A stretch of 64,000 nucleotides of DNA from Porticoccaceae bacterium (GTDB lineage: Bacteria > Pseudomonadota > Gammaproteobacteria > Pseudomonadales > Porticoccaceae), in contig JAYPYO010000003.1 in the NCBI GenBank assembly GCA_038135995.1, positions 20,854 through 84,853 on the forward strand, written 5' to 3'. Position numbers and translations under genes: made by a program. The notes under the pieces are model-generated. The model was not told where the DNA came from, did not search any database, and saw only the letters and a program-made list of their open reading frames with translations. Shown piece after piece: positions 1 to 10,216 of the stretch. How positions within the stretch are numbered: the first letter of the stretch is position 1; every line of letters begins with the position of its first letter.

Positions 1-20
1 CTAACCTCTAGAGAGTCCAT
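1..20 (-). CDS. 5' end of a divergent gene running off the window (MDSLEV...)
   Basis: ATG at 20..18 on the minus strand, preceded by SD-like GAGGA (reverse complement of 26-30). Only six codons are visible. Confidence 0.3.
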
Positions 21-355
21 AAATATCCTCTTAATTGTTACCGAGGCCAATCGCATAAGGGGTTTGAATATACGAACCCCAGCAAAAAAATTCATTACTT
101 ATCAGCTCTTTGGGACCAGTCTACCCTTGACACCTATCCGAGTTTGTATAATTGCAGATTGACTATATTAGCGATCAGCTCTCAACTGGATAAGTAGATT
201 TTAATTAGCAGTTTTTCGAGTGATCAGTAAAAATGCTAACTATGCACGGTATTGATTGACCCAGTGAGGATTAGGCATGCATCATTCTCAGCCAGTGAGT
301 CTTGGGCTCCAAGGGTCGCACATCTTATTTTTTTGACAATATTCAGGCTAACAAT

Positions 356-1234
356 ATGACTATCATGCCTCAAACTGCTGACAACTATATTTTTACTGGC
401 ACCTGCCGTGCTGGCCTTGGCGTGGTTGCGGCTGTCACCAGTTTTCTCGCTGACAGAGACTGCTATATCTGCGCTCTGGAACAATTCGATGATGAATCAA
501 CTGATAAGTTTTTTATGCGCGCTGTGTTTCGTCGCCAAAAGGGCTCGCCAGCTATTGCTGATATGCGCAATCAGTTTGACACTGTTGCCCAGCAATTCAC
601 TATGGACTGGCAGTTTCATGACCCAGAAGTGGCAGTTAAAACTCTACTGATGGTATCTAAATACGATCACTGTCTGGACGATTTACTCTACCGCCAGCGC
701 AAAGGCGAATTAAATATGGAAATCACCGCAGTGGTCTCCAATCACCAGGATTTACGCCCTATGGTTGAGCGCGAGGGCATTCGCTTTATCCACTTGCCGG
801 TGACCAAAGATACTAAGGCCCAGCAGGAACAGCGGCTGATGGAAATCGTCGATGAGACTGACACCGAATTGGTGGTTTTAGCTCGCTATATGCAGATTTT
901 GTCCAATGAGTTAACCCAACAGCTCTCGGGTCGCTGTATCAATATCCATCACTCCTTTCTGCCCGGTTTTAAAGGCGCCAAACCCTATCACCAAGCCTTT
1001 GATCGAGGTGTTAAAGTGATTGGCGCTACAGCTCACTACGTGACCTCTGACCTGGATGAAGGGCCAATTATTGAGCAGATGCTGACCAGAGTTGACCATA
1101 ATTATGGGCCCGATCATCTAGTGCAGGTGGGTCGAGATAACGAATCTATGGCACTGGCCAAGGCTGTGAAGTATCACATTGAGCGCCGCGTATTTTTAGA
1201 CGGTAATAAAACTGTTGTTTTCTTGGGCAGCTAA
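356..1234 (+). CDS. purU: Formyltetrahydrofolate deformylase
   Basis: N-terminal ACT-like domain, then formyltransferase motifs VLARYMQILS, INIHHSFLPGFKGAKPY, HYVTSDLDEGPII. ATG at 356 or 365 is more likely than the TTG at 302 used by the ORF track. Confidence 0.92.
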   Translation: MTIMPQTADNYIFTGTCRAGLGVVAAVTSFLADRDCYICALEQFDDESTDKFFMRAVFRRQKGSPAIADMRNQFDTVAQQFTMDWQFHDPEVAVKTLLMVSKYDHCLDDLLYRQRKGELNMEITAVVSNHQDLRPMVEREGIRFIHLPVTKDTKAQQEQRLMEIVDETDTELVVLARYMQILSNELTQQLSGRCINIHHSFLPGFKGAKPYHQAFDRGVKVIGATAHYVTSDLDEGPIIEQMLTRVDHNYGPDHLVQVGRDNESMALAKAVKYHIERRVFLDGNKTVVFLGS

Positions 1235-1256
1235 GCTGTAACAGGGGGAGAGGGTC

Positions 1257-2498
1257 ATGCCTTTTGGGCTTTTAAAATACGGTCTCAGCAGCGAGTATCC
1301 GGCACAGCATCATTTTACCCCTAGCACAGAGCTTAAAAAGCACTATGACGTGGTTATTATTGGCGCCGGTGGTCACGGTACTGCCATTGCCTATAATCTG
1401 GCCAAATATCATGGCATCACCAATGTTGCCGTACTGGAAAAAAGCTATCTGGGCGGTGGCAATACGGCCCGCAATACAGCAGTTATTCGCTCTAACTATC
1501 TCACTGAAGCGGGCGTCAGCTTTTACCGCGAGTCAGTCAAGCTGTACAACAATCTAAGCAATGAATTTAACTATAACGTGATGATGGAAAATCGCGGTCA
1601 GCTAACTCTTGCGCACAGTGATGCCGCTGTGCGCAGTTTTCGCTGGCGCGCTGAGGTCAATCAGCATATGGGAGTGCGCTCTGAGCTTATCGATCGCCAG
1701 GCGATTGCAGAATTAGTCCCAAATCTGAATATGTCTGAAGACTCGCGCTTCCCCATTATGGCCGGTCTCTGGCATGCCGACGGTGCCACCGCTCGCCACG
1801 ATGCCGTGGCCTGGGGCTATGCTAAGGGCGCCTGTGATCGCGGGGTCGAGCTGCACCAACTGACTGAAGTCGAGGATATTGAAGTCACCCAAGGTCGCGT
1901 AACTGCGGTTAAAACCAATCGCGGCCGCGTTGAGTGCGGCGCTGTGGTGCAGGCCGTGGCGGGTGCCAGCTCTATAGTGGCTAAAAAAGCCGGTATTCCA
2001 TTACCTATTCACTGCTATCCGCTGCAGGCTATGGTCACGCAGCCCTATAAGCCTGTTTTAACTCCCCATGTCAGCTCTCCCCATGTACATGTCTATGTGC
2101 ATCAAACATCCCGCGGAGAATTTGTGATAGGTGGCGGGTCGGACCCCTACCCGCTCTACCACACCAGAGCCACATTGGATCAGCGCGAATCATTAAGTGC
2201 TGCAGCTCTGGAGCTGTTCCCATTTTTAGCCCAGGCAAGAATATTGCGCCAGTGGGCGGGCACCACAGATATGACTCCGGATTATAGTCCAATTATGGGG
2301 CTGAGCCCGGTAGAAAATTATTATCTGGATGCAGGCTGGGGCACCTGGGGCTTTAAAGCCACGCCTATCTGTGGCGTAACCATGGCCGAGCTGGTGGCGA
2401 CTAAAAAGGTGCCAGAGATTATCAAGCCGTTTGAGCTTGAGCGCTTCTACAACTACGAACAAATTAACGAAGCCGGCGCCACAGCCGCCAGCCACTAG
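1257..2498 (+). CDS. soxB: Heterotetrameric sarcosine oxidase-family beta subunit (SoxB/MgdA type, FAD)
   Basis: GAGGHG FAD motif, GGGNTARNT, RQWAG..D.TPDYSPIMG, GWGTWGFKATP. First gene of a B-D-A-G cluster. May be N-methylglutamate dehydrogenase MgdA rather than true SoxB. Confidence 0.8.
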   Translation: MPFGLLKYGLSSEYPAQHHFTPSTELKKHYDVVIIGAGGHGTAIAYNLAKYHGITNVAVLEKSYLGGGNTARNTAVIRSNYLTEAGVSFYRESVKLYNNLSNEFNYNVMMENRGQLTLAHSDAAVRSFRWRAEVNQHMGVRSELIDRQAIAELVPNLNMSEDSRFPIMAGLWHADGATARHDAVAWGYAKGACDRGVELHQLTEVEDIEVTQGRVTAVKTNRGRVECGAVVQAVAGASSIVAKKAGIPLPIHCYPLQAMVTQPYKPVLTPHVSSPHVHVYVHQTSRGEFVIGGGSDPYPLYHTRATLDQRESLSAAALELFPFLAQARILRQWAGTTDMTPDYSPIMGLSPVENYYLDAGWGTWGFKATPICGVTMAELVATKKVPEIIKPFELERFYNYEQINEAGATAASH

Positions 2499-2509
2499 GA
2501 GAGACAGCA

Positions 2510-2812
2510 ATGAAACTTCTTACCTGCCCTCTCAATGGCCAGCGCAATATCTCGGAATTTACCTATGGTGGTGAATATCATCCTATGCCAGACCCAAATA
2601 CTACTACCCCAAGAGACTGGGCCGAGTATGTGTTCTTTCACGACAACCAGGCCGGTGTGGTAATCGAATGGTGGTGTCATACCGCCAGCTCATTTTGGTT
2701 TTTGGCCGAGCGCAACACCATTACAGATACTGTGATTCGTACCTTTGAAGCCAGTGAACTATTTAATCAGCGCATCGACTTTGCCGAGCCGGCGACCGGG
2801 GAGACAAACTAA
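2510..2812 (+). CDS. soxD: Sarcosine oxidase-family delta subunit (SoxD/MgdB type)
   Basis: 100 aa with LTCPLNGQRNISEFTYGGE, W.EYVFFHDN.AG...EWW.H. Its stop overlaps the next start (TAATG). Confidence 0.8.
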   Translation: MKLLTCPLNGQRNISEFTYGGEYHPMPDPNTTTPRDWAEYVFFHDNQAGVVIEWWCHTASSFWFLAERNTITDTVIRTFEASELFNQRIDFAEPATGETN

Positions 2813-5709
2813 TGCAACGCTTACCCAGCCCCTATGGTCTGTTGATCGATCGCGAGCAACCGATTAAGTTTAGCTTTGAGAGCAAGTCTTATCAGGGCCT
2901 CGCCGGTGATACTATCGCCAGTGCACTGGCCGCTAACAACCAATGGCTATTGAGCCGTTCATTTAAGTACCATCGCCCACGGGGCGCTCTAACCATGGCA
3001 GGGCAGGATGCCAATACCATGGTGCAGCTGCCATCAAACCCCAATGCCCTGGCAGATAAAGAGCCTCTATCTGCGGGGCTAAGGGTGATGGGGCAGAACT
3101 ACAGCGGCAGCTTAAAGACTGATCGCGGTGCTCTGCTGGGATTATTTTCAAGATTTTTGCCGGTTGGCTTCTATTACAAAGCCTTCTTCAAACCCAGGGG
3201 TATCTGGGAAAAATGGGCTCCGCTGATTCGTAAAAAAGCCGGTCTGGGAATTATTGATCAGCAACTCGAGCCGGACTATTACGACAAGCAGTACAGGTTT
3301 TATGATGTAGTAGTGGTAGGCGCAGGTCCCGCAGGTATGCAAGCAGCTCTAACCGCTGCTGTGGACGGCTGTGAGGTGCTACTGGTCGATGAAAACTCGG
3401 TGCTGGGTGGCTCATTAAATTATTCTCGCCTGGATGCCAAAGGCACCATGGCCAGAGAAGTCCGCGATCTACTGGTGCAGGATATTGAGGCTAATAGCAA
3501 TATTACCTGTATGACTAATGCCACGGTTAACGCCTGGTTTGCAGACAACTGGCTGCCTATTATTTGCCAAAAGCGTCTCTATAAGGTGCGTGCTAAACAG
3601 ACAATTTTATGCACCGGGGCGCTGGAGCAGCAGGCGGTTTTTCACAACAACGATGTGCCCGGGGTAATGATGAGCAGCGCCGCCCAGCGCTTGATTCACC
3701 TCTATGGTATTCGTCCGGGCAAAACAGCGGTTATTGTCACTGGCAATGACGATGGCTATGCCAACGCCCTAGATTTGGCTGATGCTGGGGTCGAGGTTGC
3801 AGCTATAGTTGATCTGCGGGATAAGCCCAGATCAAGTCCTCTGGTCAGTGCCGCCAAAAAACGCGGACTTAGCATCAGGGCTGGCTATGCAGTTTACGCT
3901 GCGCAAAAGCGCGGCAATCATTTATCTGCTGTGGAGATTCGCCAAATACTCGGCCAGGGGGTTTGTGGCTCTGAGTCCGAAAATATTCGCTGTGACCTGT
4001 TATGCATGGCAATCGGCTATACCCCCACCTATCAGCTCGCCTGTCAGGCTGGAGGACAGCTAAGCTACGATGATAATTCGGCTATGTTTACCCTGAATAA
4101 TCTGCCCGATGGTTTGCAGATTGCCGGCTCTGTGGATAGCTATTGGGATCTGAGTAACTGCCTGGAGGAAGGTGCCAGAGCAGCAACCATTGCCACTCAT
4201 GCTCTGGGCTTTACTCAAGCCGATATACCAGAGCCAATGCCCAGAGAAAAACACAGTCCCAACCATAGCTGGCCTATTTTTGCCCACCCCAAAGGTAAGG
4301 AATTTGTCGACTATGATGAGGATCTGACCATTGCTGATATTGTCAACGCCACCCGCGATGGCTACGAGCATATCCAGCTGGTTAAACGCTATTCGACCTG
4401 TGGCATGGGTCCATCGCAGGGCCGCCATTCAGCGCTGGCCGCTGCCAGATTAGTCGCAGCTGCAACCAACAAAACCGTTGCCCAAACCGGTGTGACCACG
4501 GCGCGGCCTCCCTTTGCACCAGAACATCTGGGTCACAGTGCCGGACGCAGCTTTTATCCGGCCCGCCGCAGTAATATGCACTACCGTCATATCGAAGCCG
4601 GTGCCCAGATGCTCCAGGCTGGCGCCTGGTATCGCCCAGCTTATTATGGCCAGACCGCTGATCGTGAAAGCTGCATTAATAACGAAGTCAACAATGTGCG
4701 CACCAATGTGGGCCTGGTGGATGTGTCCACCCTGGGTGGGCTTGAAGTGCGCGGCCCAGATGCCGGAGAGTTCCTTAATCGCTTCTATACCTTTGGTTTT
4801 ATCAAACAGCCGGTGGGCCGGGCTCGCTACGCCCTGCTGACCAATGAAGCGGGCGTGGTAATCGATGATGGCGTGGCTTGCCGTTTTAGTGAGCAGCACT
4901 TCTATGTCACGGCTACCACTGGCGGTGTAGATCGAGTCTACCAGAACATGCTCAAGTGGAATGCTCAGTGGCGCTTGGATGTGGATATAGCCAATGTGAC
5001 CTCAGCCTACTGCGGCGTGAATATTGCGGGGCCCATGGCACGTCAGGTATTGGCCAAGGTCTGCGCCGATATTGATCTCTCCGCAGAGGCTTTCCCCTAT
5101 ATGGGCGTGCGCGAAGGGACAGTGGCTGGCGTGCCCGCTCGAGTAATTCGCGTAGGCTTTGTCGGCGAGCTGGGTTTCGAGGTACATGTGCCCCAACAGT
5201 ATGGCGAAGCCCTGTGGGACAGTTTGATGGGGGCCGGCAGCGTGGAAGGTATCCAGCCATTCGGTATCGAGGCGCAGCGAGTTCTGCGCCTGGAGAAAGG
5301 CCATATTATTATTGGTCAGGACACAGACGCTATGACCAACCCTATGGAAGTACAGATGGGCTGGGCTGTGTCGAGAAAAAAACCTTTCTTTGTAGGTGGC
5401 CGAACTATTGCCGAGTTAGAGCAGAAAGCGCCGATCAGAAGTCTAGTGGGTTTTGTGGTCAATGATAACAATGTACCTATTCCACTGGAGAGTCATCTGG
5501 TGCTGGAGGGGGATCAAATGGCTGGTCGGGTGACCTCCTGTAACTATTCGCCGACTCTGGGCAAACCCATTGGGCTGGCCTATGTCCAGCCCCACTGTAC
5601 CGAACCAGGTAGCCAGATCAGAATCAAATCCTCCGCGGGAGTCATGGTCACCGCCAACGTTGTGGCTCTGCCTTTCTACGATCCCAAAACATCGCGTCAG
5701 GAGCTGTAA
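2812..5709 (+). CDS. soxA: Sarcosine oxidase-family alpha subunit (SoxA/MgdC type; NAD-binding plus GcvT-like folate-binding domains)
   Basis: GDTIASALAAN, RSFKYHRPRG, VVGAGPAG, KRYSTCGMGPSQG, DVSTLG, RVGFVGELGFE, LRLEKGH motifs; 965 aa. Confidence 0.85.
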   Translation: MQRLPSPYGLLIDREQPIKFSFESKSYQGLAGDTIASALAANNQWLLSRSFKYHRPRGALTMAGQDANTMVQLPSNPNALADKEPLSAGLRVMGQNYSGSLKTDRGALLGLFSRFLPVGFYYKAFFKPRGIWEKWAPLIRKKAGLGIIDQQLEPDYYDKQYRFYDVVVVGAGPAGMQAALTAAVDGCEVLLVDENSVLGGSLNYSRLDAKGTMAREVRDLLVQDIEANSNITCMTNATVNAWFADNWLPIICQKRLYKVRAKQTILCTGALEQQAVFHNNDVPGVMMSSAAQRLIHLYGIRPGKTAVIVTGNDDGYANALDLADAGVEVAAIVDLRDKPRSSPLVSAAKKRGLSIRAGYAVYAAQKRGNHLSAVEIRQILGQGVCGSESENIRCDLLCMAIGYTPTYQLACQAGGQLSYDDNSAMFTLNNLPDGLQIAGSVDSYWDLSNCLEEGARAATIATHALGFTQADIPEPMPREKHSPNHSWPIFAHPKGKEFVDYDEDLTIADIVNATRDGYEHIQLVKRYSTCGMGPSQGRHSALAAARLVAAATNKTVAQTGVTTARPPFAPEHLGHSAGRSFYPARRSNMHYRHIEAGAQMLQAGAWYRPAYYGQTADRESCINNEVNNVRTNVGLVDVSTLGGLEVRGPDAGEFLNRFYTFGFIKQPVGRARYALLTNEAGVVIDDGVACRFSEQHFYVTATTGGVDRVYQNMLKWNAQWRLDVDIANVTSAYCGVNIAGPMARQVLAKVCADIDLSAEAFPYMGVREGTVAGVPARVIRVGFVGELGFEVHVPQQYGEALWDSLMGAGSVEGIQPFGIEAQRVLRLEKGHIIIGQDTDAMTNPMEVQMGWAVSRKKPFFVGGRTIAELEQKAPIRSLVGFVVNDNNVPIPLESHLVLEGDQMAGRVTSCNYSPTLGKPIGLAYVQPHCTEPGSQIRIKSSAGVMVTANVVALPFYDPKTSRQEL

Positions 5710-5711
5710 TT

Positions 5712-6413
5712 ATGACTGAATTAAACCCTGATCAGGCTCTCAGACGCAGCCCATTGTATCGCCGTCATCAACAGCTCGACGCTCGATTTGAGCAGCTTGG
5801 CGACGCTGTGGTGGTCAATGCTTACAGCGATACTGGTATGGAACCCAGACTGGCAATCAGTCTTGGGTTGGCGGATCTGTCCTGCCTGCCGCGCACCGGC
5901 TACAAAGGCCCCAATGCACAATCCTGGGCCGCTGCTCAGGAAATAGACCTGCCCTCTGAGCCCAACACAGCGCTGGCTCAGGCCGATGGTTCGTTGGTGG
6001 CTAAACTTTCCCATCAGGAACTATTGATCGTCTCTGACATGCGGGGTAATTCTGCTTTGATAGACAGGCTTGACCCACAGCCTCAAGATGCGGGTGTCTA
6101 TTCGCTGCCTCGTGCAGATAGCCATGGCTGGCTGGCAGTTACAGGCCTGCTGGCCGCTGAGATGTTTTCAAAAGTCTGCGGTGTTGATCTGCGCACCCAC
6201 AAGTTTGCTCAGGGCCAGGTTGCCCAGACATCCATCGCCAAAATTAATGGCGTGGTTGTGCGCCATGATCTGGGTACTACACCCTGCTTTCATATTTTCA
6301 GCGATATTGCCTCTACGGAATTTCTTTGGGACTGTCTACTGGACGCTATGGAGGAACATCAGGGCGTAGCCATTGGTGTCGCTGCCATAAGAAGTCTTGC
6401 CGCGTCTGAGTAA
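5712..6413 (+). CDS. soxG: Sarcosine oxidase-family gamma subunit (SoxG/MgdD type)
   Basis: Fourth position in the cluster. GcvT-like motifs LADLS.LPR.G.KG, KVCGVDL..F..G.VAQT, EFLWDCLLDA. Confidence 0.75.
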   Translation: MTELNPDQALRRSPLYRRHQQLDARFEQLGDAVVVNAYSDTGMEPRLAISLGLADLSCLPRTGYKGPNAQSWAAAQEIDLPSEPNTALAQADGSLVAKLSHQELLIVSDMRGNSALIDRLDPQPQDAGVYSLPRADSHGWLAVTGLLAAEMFSKVCGVDLRTHKFAQGQVAQTSIAKINGVVVRHDLGTTPCFHIFSDIASTEFLWDCLLDAMEEHQGVAIGVAAIRSLAASE

Positions 6414-6448
6414 CGTCTGAGCTAATTCATGGCTTATACTTCCGAGTC

Positions 6449-7426
6449 ATGAAAAAGAACAAAAATATAGAGATCTCCGCCCTGCGCATCTTCGCTGCCG
6501 TCAGTGAGGCAGAGACTTTAACTCAGGCCGCAGAACGCTTGGGTATTACCCAGTCTGCGGTATCACAAACCATTAAACAGCTGGAGATTCAGACTGAAAC
6601 CCAGCTGGTGGACACCAGGTCTCGCCCGGTCAAACTCACACCCAGCGGCCAGGTACTCAAGGATTATGCTCGGCAGATTATCGATGATACCAGGCGCATG
6701 CTGGCCGACGTGCGCATGACAGCCAAAGGCGGCACAGTGCCATTAAATCTTGGCCTGATAGATTCGTTTTGCGATGTAGCCGGCCTGCAACTAATGCAGC
6801 AGCTAGATCCCTATGTCTCCAAACTGAGCCTGCGCACAGGTCTGGGGTCCTCCCTTTCTCAGGATCTACTCAATCGCAATCTGGATATATTAATTACCAG
6901 CGACCCAATCGACGAACATCCAGAACTGCAGCGCTACCCTATTCTGCGCGATCCCTTTGTGATGATTGTGCCCGACAGGTACAGCGATCAAGGCTCGGCA
7001 ATACCGGCCTGGCTGGCAGAGAATGTGCCGTTTATTCATTACACCAGAGAGTCACGTCTGGGCAAACTGACTGATCTCATTGCCCGCCGCCTGAGCATAC
7101 AGCCCCAGACTGCCTATGAGCTGGACAGCACTCAAACACTGATGCGCTTTGTACAGTCTGGTCAGGGCTGGGCTATTACTACGGGTCTCTGCCTGGTGCG
7201 CTATCCGGAGTTGCTGCAGGGCTGCGAAGTATTGCAGCTGGCCAGTGGCACCAACGCCCGTTATCTAACCATGCTCTGTCGCCACAATGAATTGGGCGCA
7301 TTGCCAGAGCAGATCGCAGCCACCTGCCGCTCAATATACGGCGATGAAATTGTGCCCCAATTAATAGATATAGCTCCCTGGTTTGAGCATCAGGCCTACC
7401 CCATCACTGAGATGCCGGCCATCTAG
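6449..7426 (+). CDS. LysR-family transcriptional regulator
   Basis: HTH ALRIFAAVSEAETLTQAAERLGITQSAVSQTIKQLE followed by a substrate-binding domain. Directly downstream of the sox-like operon. Confidence 0.9.
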   Translation: MKKNKNIEISALRIFAAVSEAETLTQAAERLGITQSAVSQTIKQLEIQTETQLVDTRSRPVKLTPSGQVLKDYARQIIDDTRRMLADVRMTAKGGTVPLNLGLIDSFCDVAGLQLMQQLDPYVSKLSLRTGLGSSLSQDLLNRNLDILITSDPIDEHPELQRYPILRDPFVMIVPDRYSDQGSAIPAWLAENVPFIHYTRESRLGKLTDLIARRLSIQPQTAYELDSTQTLMRFVQSGQGWAITTGLCLVRYPELLQGCEVLQLASGTNARYLTMLCRHNELGALPEQIAATCRSIYGDEIVPQLIDIAPWFEHQAYPITEMPAI

Positions 7427-7443
7427 TGAATCCGTGCTGCACC

Positions 7444-10053
7444 CTATGAGATAAAAATATCGCCATCCCCTGAGTCTGTGTCGACCCAGCTGACAGCCTC
7501 TGTATCCACCGAACTGAAAAGTCCATCCAGCTCTGGCATTGGCTGGCCTGCCGAATCTGCGGGCAGATAGCTTTTACCCCAGGCCAAACCGGCGATACCC
7601 CGCTCCAGCATAGAATCAATCTGCTCGTCGGTATAATCAACCGCCGCGAGAATCTGCCGAGTCGAATGACCATGGGCCTCAGTCGGACTGACCGCATCAA
7701 TTCGGGCACAGGTTGGGCGAATTGCATAGTGGTCTATCTGAGTCAATTGATGGCCGCTGGGATGATCCGGGTAAATCGAGAAAGCAAAGCTACCCAGCTC
7801 CAGACCAACAGTGCCATCGGCAGCACGACTGTACTGCTCGCGCAGAGTCTCAATGGAAATTGGCTGCGCCGCCGCCACATCGGCAGCTAGCAGGCGCTCC
7901 ATCCACTTTTGCGAGGAAGCTTGCTGGAAGGCCACGGTTAAAAATACCTGGATATCTGCGGTGGCGGTAATACCCTGCAATCCAGTGATATTTTCAAGTA
8001 TCGGTAAATCAGCAGGCTCAGCATCGAGGAAAATCCAGTCGTCAGCGGTCTGGTAAAAATGGGATAGCTCATGGTTGCCCATTGCCTGGCGGCCAGAGGG
8101 CTCATTAAAGTCTTCAAGCCCTGCATAGTCGAAGCAGAACGGCAGCTGCGCCAGATTGGTTACCGCTGACAGCGAAGTGCGCGCACGGCTAACGGCTCCG
8201 GTCCTGGCTTTGTGATACAGGGCTACGGCCATAGAGAGGCCGCCGGCAAACCCACAGTTTACATCCAGAGTCCCCAAATGAGCGTGCTCCTCAGGGGTGT
8301 CGACGCCACCAAAACGGCTCATAATGCCGCTGTTGGCCTGAATAATATCGTCGTAACCAATATAGTCGGTCTTCTGCCCAGGCCTGGGGCCGCCAAGGCA
8401 ATCCAGACGACAGAACAGCACGCCGGGGTTAATTGCCTGCAGCGCATCATGATCCAGACCCAGCGGCTTCATCTGGCGCTCTGGGGCATTGATAACCACC
8501 ATATCCACAGAGCGCACCAGGCGATTGAATGCCTCGCGCCCCTCTTGCGTATTAATATCAATCAGCGCACTGCGTTTTCCCATATCTGCCTGGAAGGCAA
8601 ACAGGGTGCCGATCAATGGATCATAGTTTGGTACCACCGGCTCAACCTTGATCACTTCAGCGCCAAAGCGGCCAAGAAAAGCTGTGGAATGAGGGCCGGC
8701 AATAACATTGGTTAAATCCAGCACTCGCAACCCATCTAGCCAGCCCTGAGACTGGGCAGCTGGCGATGGCTGATCAAAAACTGGTTGCGGCAGAGATGCC
8801 AGCTTGGCCAGGGCCTGGTCAAAAGACAGGAAACTCCGCGCTGAGGGGGCAAGCATTTTGTGCGCAGATTCTTCTAACCAGGCCACCGGGCCAGGCTGTT
8901 TCATTAACCCGTACTCAGGGTCATTTACTTCAACAATCAATCCTGCATCATTGCAGTGTTGGCTATTTACCCACTCCCTGGTGGTTCTGTGGGGGGCACC
9001 CGGAATCTGACCCTGACCGAAAATTACACCCCATTCAGAGGAGGTCTTGGTGCGCATCACCAGCTTTATCTTTGTCGAGATAATATCCGCCCAGCGCCTA
9101 GGTAATGGATAGACTCCCAGGGAGCTCTCCCCCTCCCACTCGGTCACCGGCAGGTGCAGATTGGTGACCTCGGGCATGCCCTCAGCCATGACTTCTTCAT
9201 ACAGACCCAACACCTCCAGACAGCGCCGTGCATGGTTGCGGTGAGAGGGACAGACAATATAGAACATACGACCATCGGCACATTCATAGGTACGGTAGAA
9301 GGGGTCCAGATACTCTTGAAGCTGTGCATAACTGAGGTCAAAATCAATGTTGGCCGCGCGGCGTCGCTCGATTTCATGCTCACGCATAGTCTTATAGCGC
9401 TCAGGTAGATCGGCTACCTGATAGGAATTGTAAGAGAGCCCCTCCATCATGGCAGCAATCACTGGCACCTCTATGCAATCACCCAGACCTGTTTTCTCAC
9501 GCGCCAGTAGCGCCAGCACCACCGAGCTGGACGCCAGAGTGACGGTGTAAGACGAGGCCAGAGGCAGTGGTGAGAAGCAGGGGTTTAAGCCCATTAACAC
9601 ACGGTTAAAGCCCATATCAGTAAAGGCTCCAGCGGTAGCAGCCACCACAGCTTCGGTGGCCTTCCACTGGCTGCGCAGCTGATCATTACTGGCAAACCCG
9701 GGTACTGACAGAGTAATGAGTTGGGGCCGGGTGGCACGCAGCTCGGCAAAATCAATGCCCAAACGCCGCATCACACCGGGTCGAAATGACTCAATCACCA
9801 CATCGGCACAATCGATTAATTGCATCGCCTGATCAAAACCCTCAGGGGTTTTTAAATCCACACTCAGACAGCTTTTATTGCGGTTCAAAATCGCGTTGGC
9901 CTGATGCTTCCACTGGGGCCCAGAGGGCGGATCAATATGCACCACCGTTGCTCCCAAATCTGCAAGCACCATAGCCACTGCCGGGCCAGCAATTTGCTGA
10001 CCAAAGTCGACTACCCGCACCCCCTCAAGGGGCAATTGATCCTGTTTGTCCAT
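7444..10053 (-). CDS. dddD: Tandem two-domain class III (CaiB/BaiF) CoA-transferase; DMSP CoA-transferase/lyase DddD-like
   Basis: Two CaiB repeats (RVVDFGQQIAGP...ESFRPGVM and RVLDLTNVIAGP...GYDD). The catalytic-type Asp is present only in the C-terminal repeat (GTLDVNCG, codon 8265-8263). About 870 aa from ATG 10053. Divergent from BCCT, Fe-ADH and MMSDH genes as in the Marinomonas dddD/dddTBC cluster. Confidence 0.8.
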   Translation of the reverse strand: MDKQDQLPLEGVRVVDFGQQIAGPAVAMVLADLGATVVHIDPPSGPQWKHQANAILNRNKSCLSVDLKTPEGFDQAMQLIDCADVVIESFRPGVMRRLGIDFAELRATRPQLITLSVPGFASNDQLRSQWKATEAVVAATAGAFTDMGFNRVLMGLNPCFSPLPLASSYTVTLASSSVVLALLAREKTGLGDCIEVPVIAAMMEGLSYNSYQVADLPERYKTMREHEIERRRAANIDFDLSYAQLQEYLDPFYRTYECADGRMFYIVCPSHRNHARRCLEVLGLYEEVMAEGMPEVTNLHLPVTEWEGESSLGVYPLPRRWADIISTKIKLVMRTKTSSEWGVIFGQGQIPGAPHRTTREWVNSQHCNDAGLIVEVNDPEYGLMKQPGPVAWLEESAHKMLAPSARSFLSFDQALAKLASLPQPVFDQPSPAAQSQGWLDGLRVLDLTNVIAGPHSTAFLGRFGAEVIKVEPVVPNYDPLIGTLFAFQADMGKRSALIDINTQEGREAFNRLVRSVDMVVINAPERQMKPLGLDHDALQAINPGVLFCRLDCLGGPRPGQKTDYIGYDDIIQANSGIMSRFGGVDTPEEHAHLGTLDVNCGFAGGLSMAVALYHKARTGAVSRARTSLSAVTNLAQLPFCFDYAGLEDFNEPSGRQAMGNHELSHFYQTADDWIFLDAEPADLPILENITGLQGITATADIQVFLTVAFQQASSQKWMERLLAADVAAAQPISIETLREQYSRAADGTVGLELGSFAFSIYPDHPSGHQLTQIDHYAIRPTCARIDAVSPTEAHGHSTRQILAAVDYTDEQIDSMLERGIAGLAWGKSYLPADSAGQPMPELDGLFSSVDTEAVSWVDTDSGDGDIFIS

Positions 10054-10170
10054 GACTTGTACTCTTAACTCAGTGGAGAGACTAATAATTCGGGATTCCT
10101 GCACTGTCTCATGCACTGCTAGGAGACCCCGTCTTCTGGTCGCGATCTTAGAAATCATTGGCCTGTCTCA

Positions 10171-10216
10171 CCAGCAATAAAAAATGCCCCTAAGGTAGTG
10201 TTTTTCTTATTGCTGG
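10171..10216. promoter_or_regulatory. Inverted repeat in the dddD-BCCT divergent region (candidate operator or leader hairpin)
   Basis: CCAGCAATAA (10171-10180) and TTATTGCTGG (10207-10216) are perfect reverse complements with a 26-nt spacer. Confidence 0.35.

Noticed and set aside
59-80. Hairpin GGGGTTTG-AATATA-CGAACCCC near the window start
   Set aside because: No downstream U-tract on either strand and no recognisable THF or ZTP riboswitch core upstream of purU.
10054-10158. 35-aa N-terminal extension of the DddD-like ORF
   Set aside because: CaiB homology begins just after Met at 10053, which has an AAGAG SD-like sequence. The extension looks non-coding.
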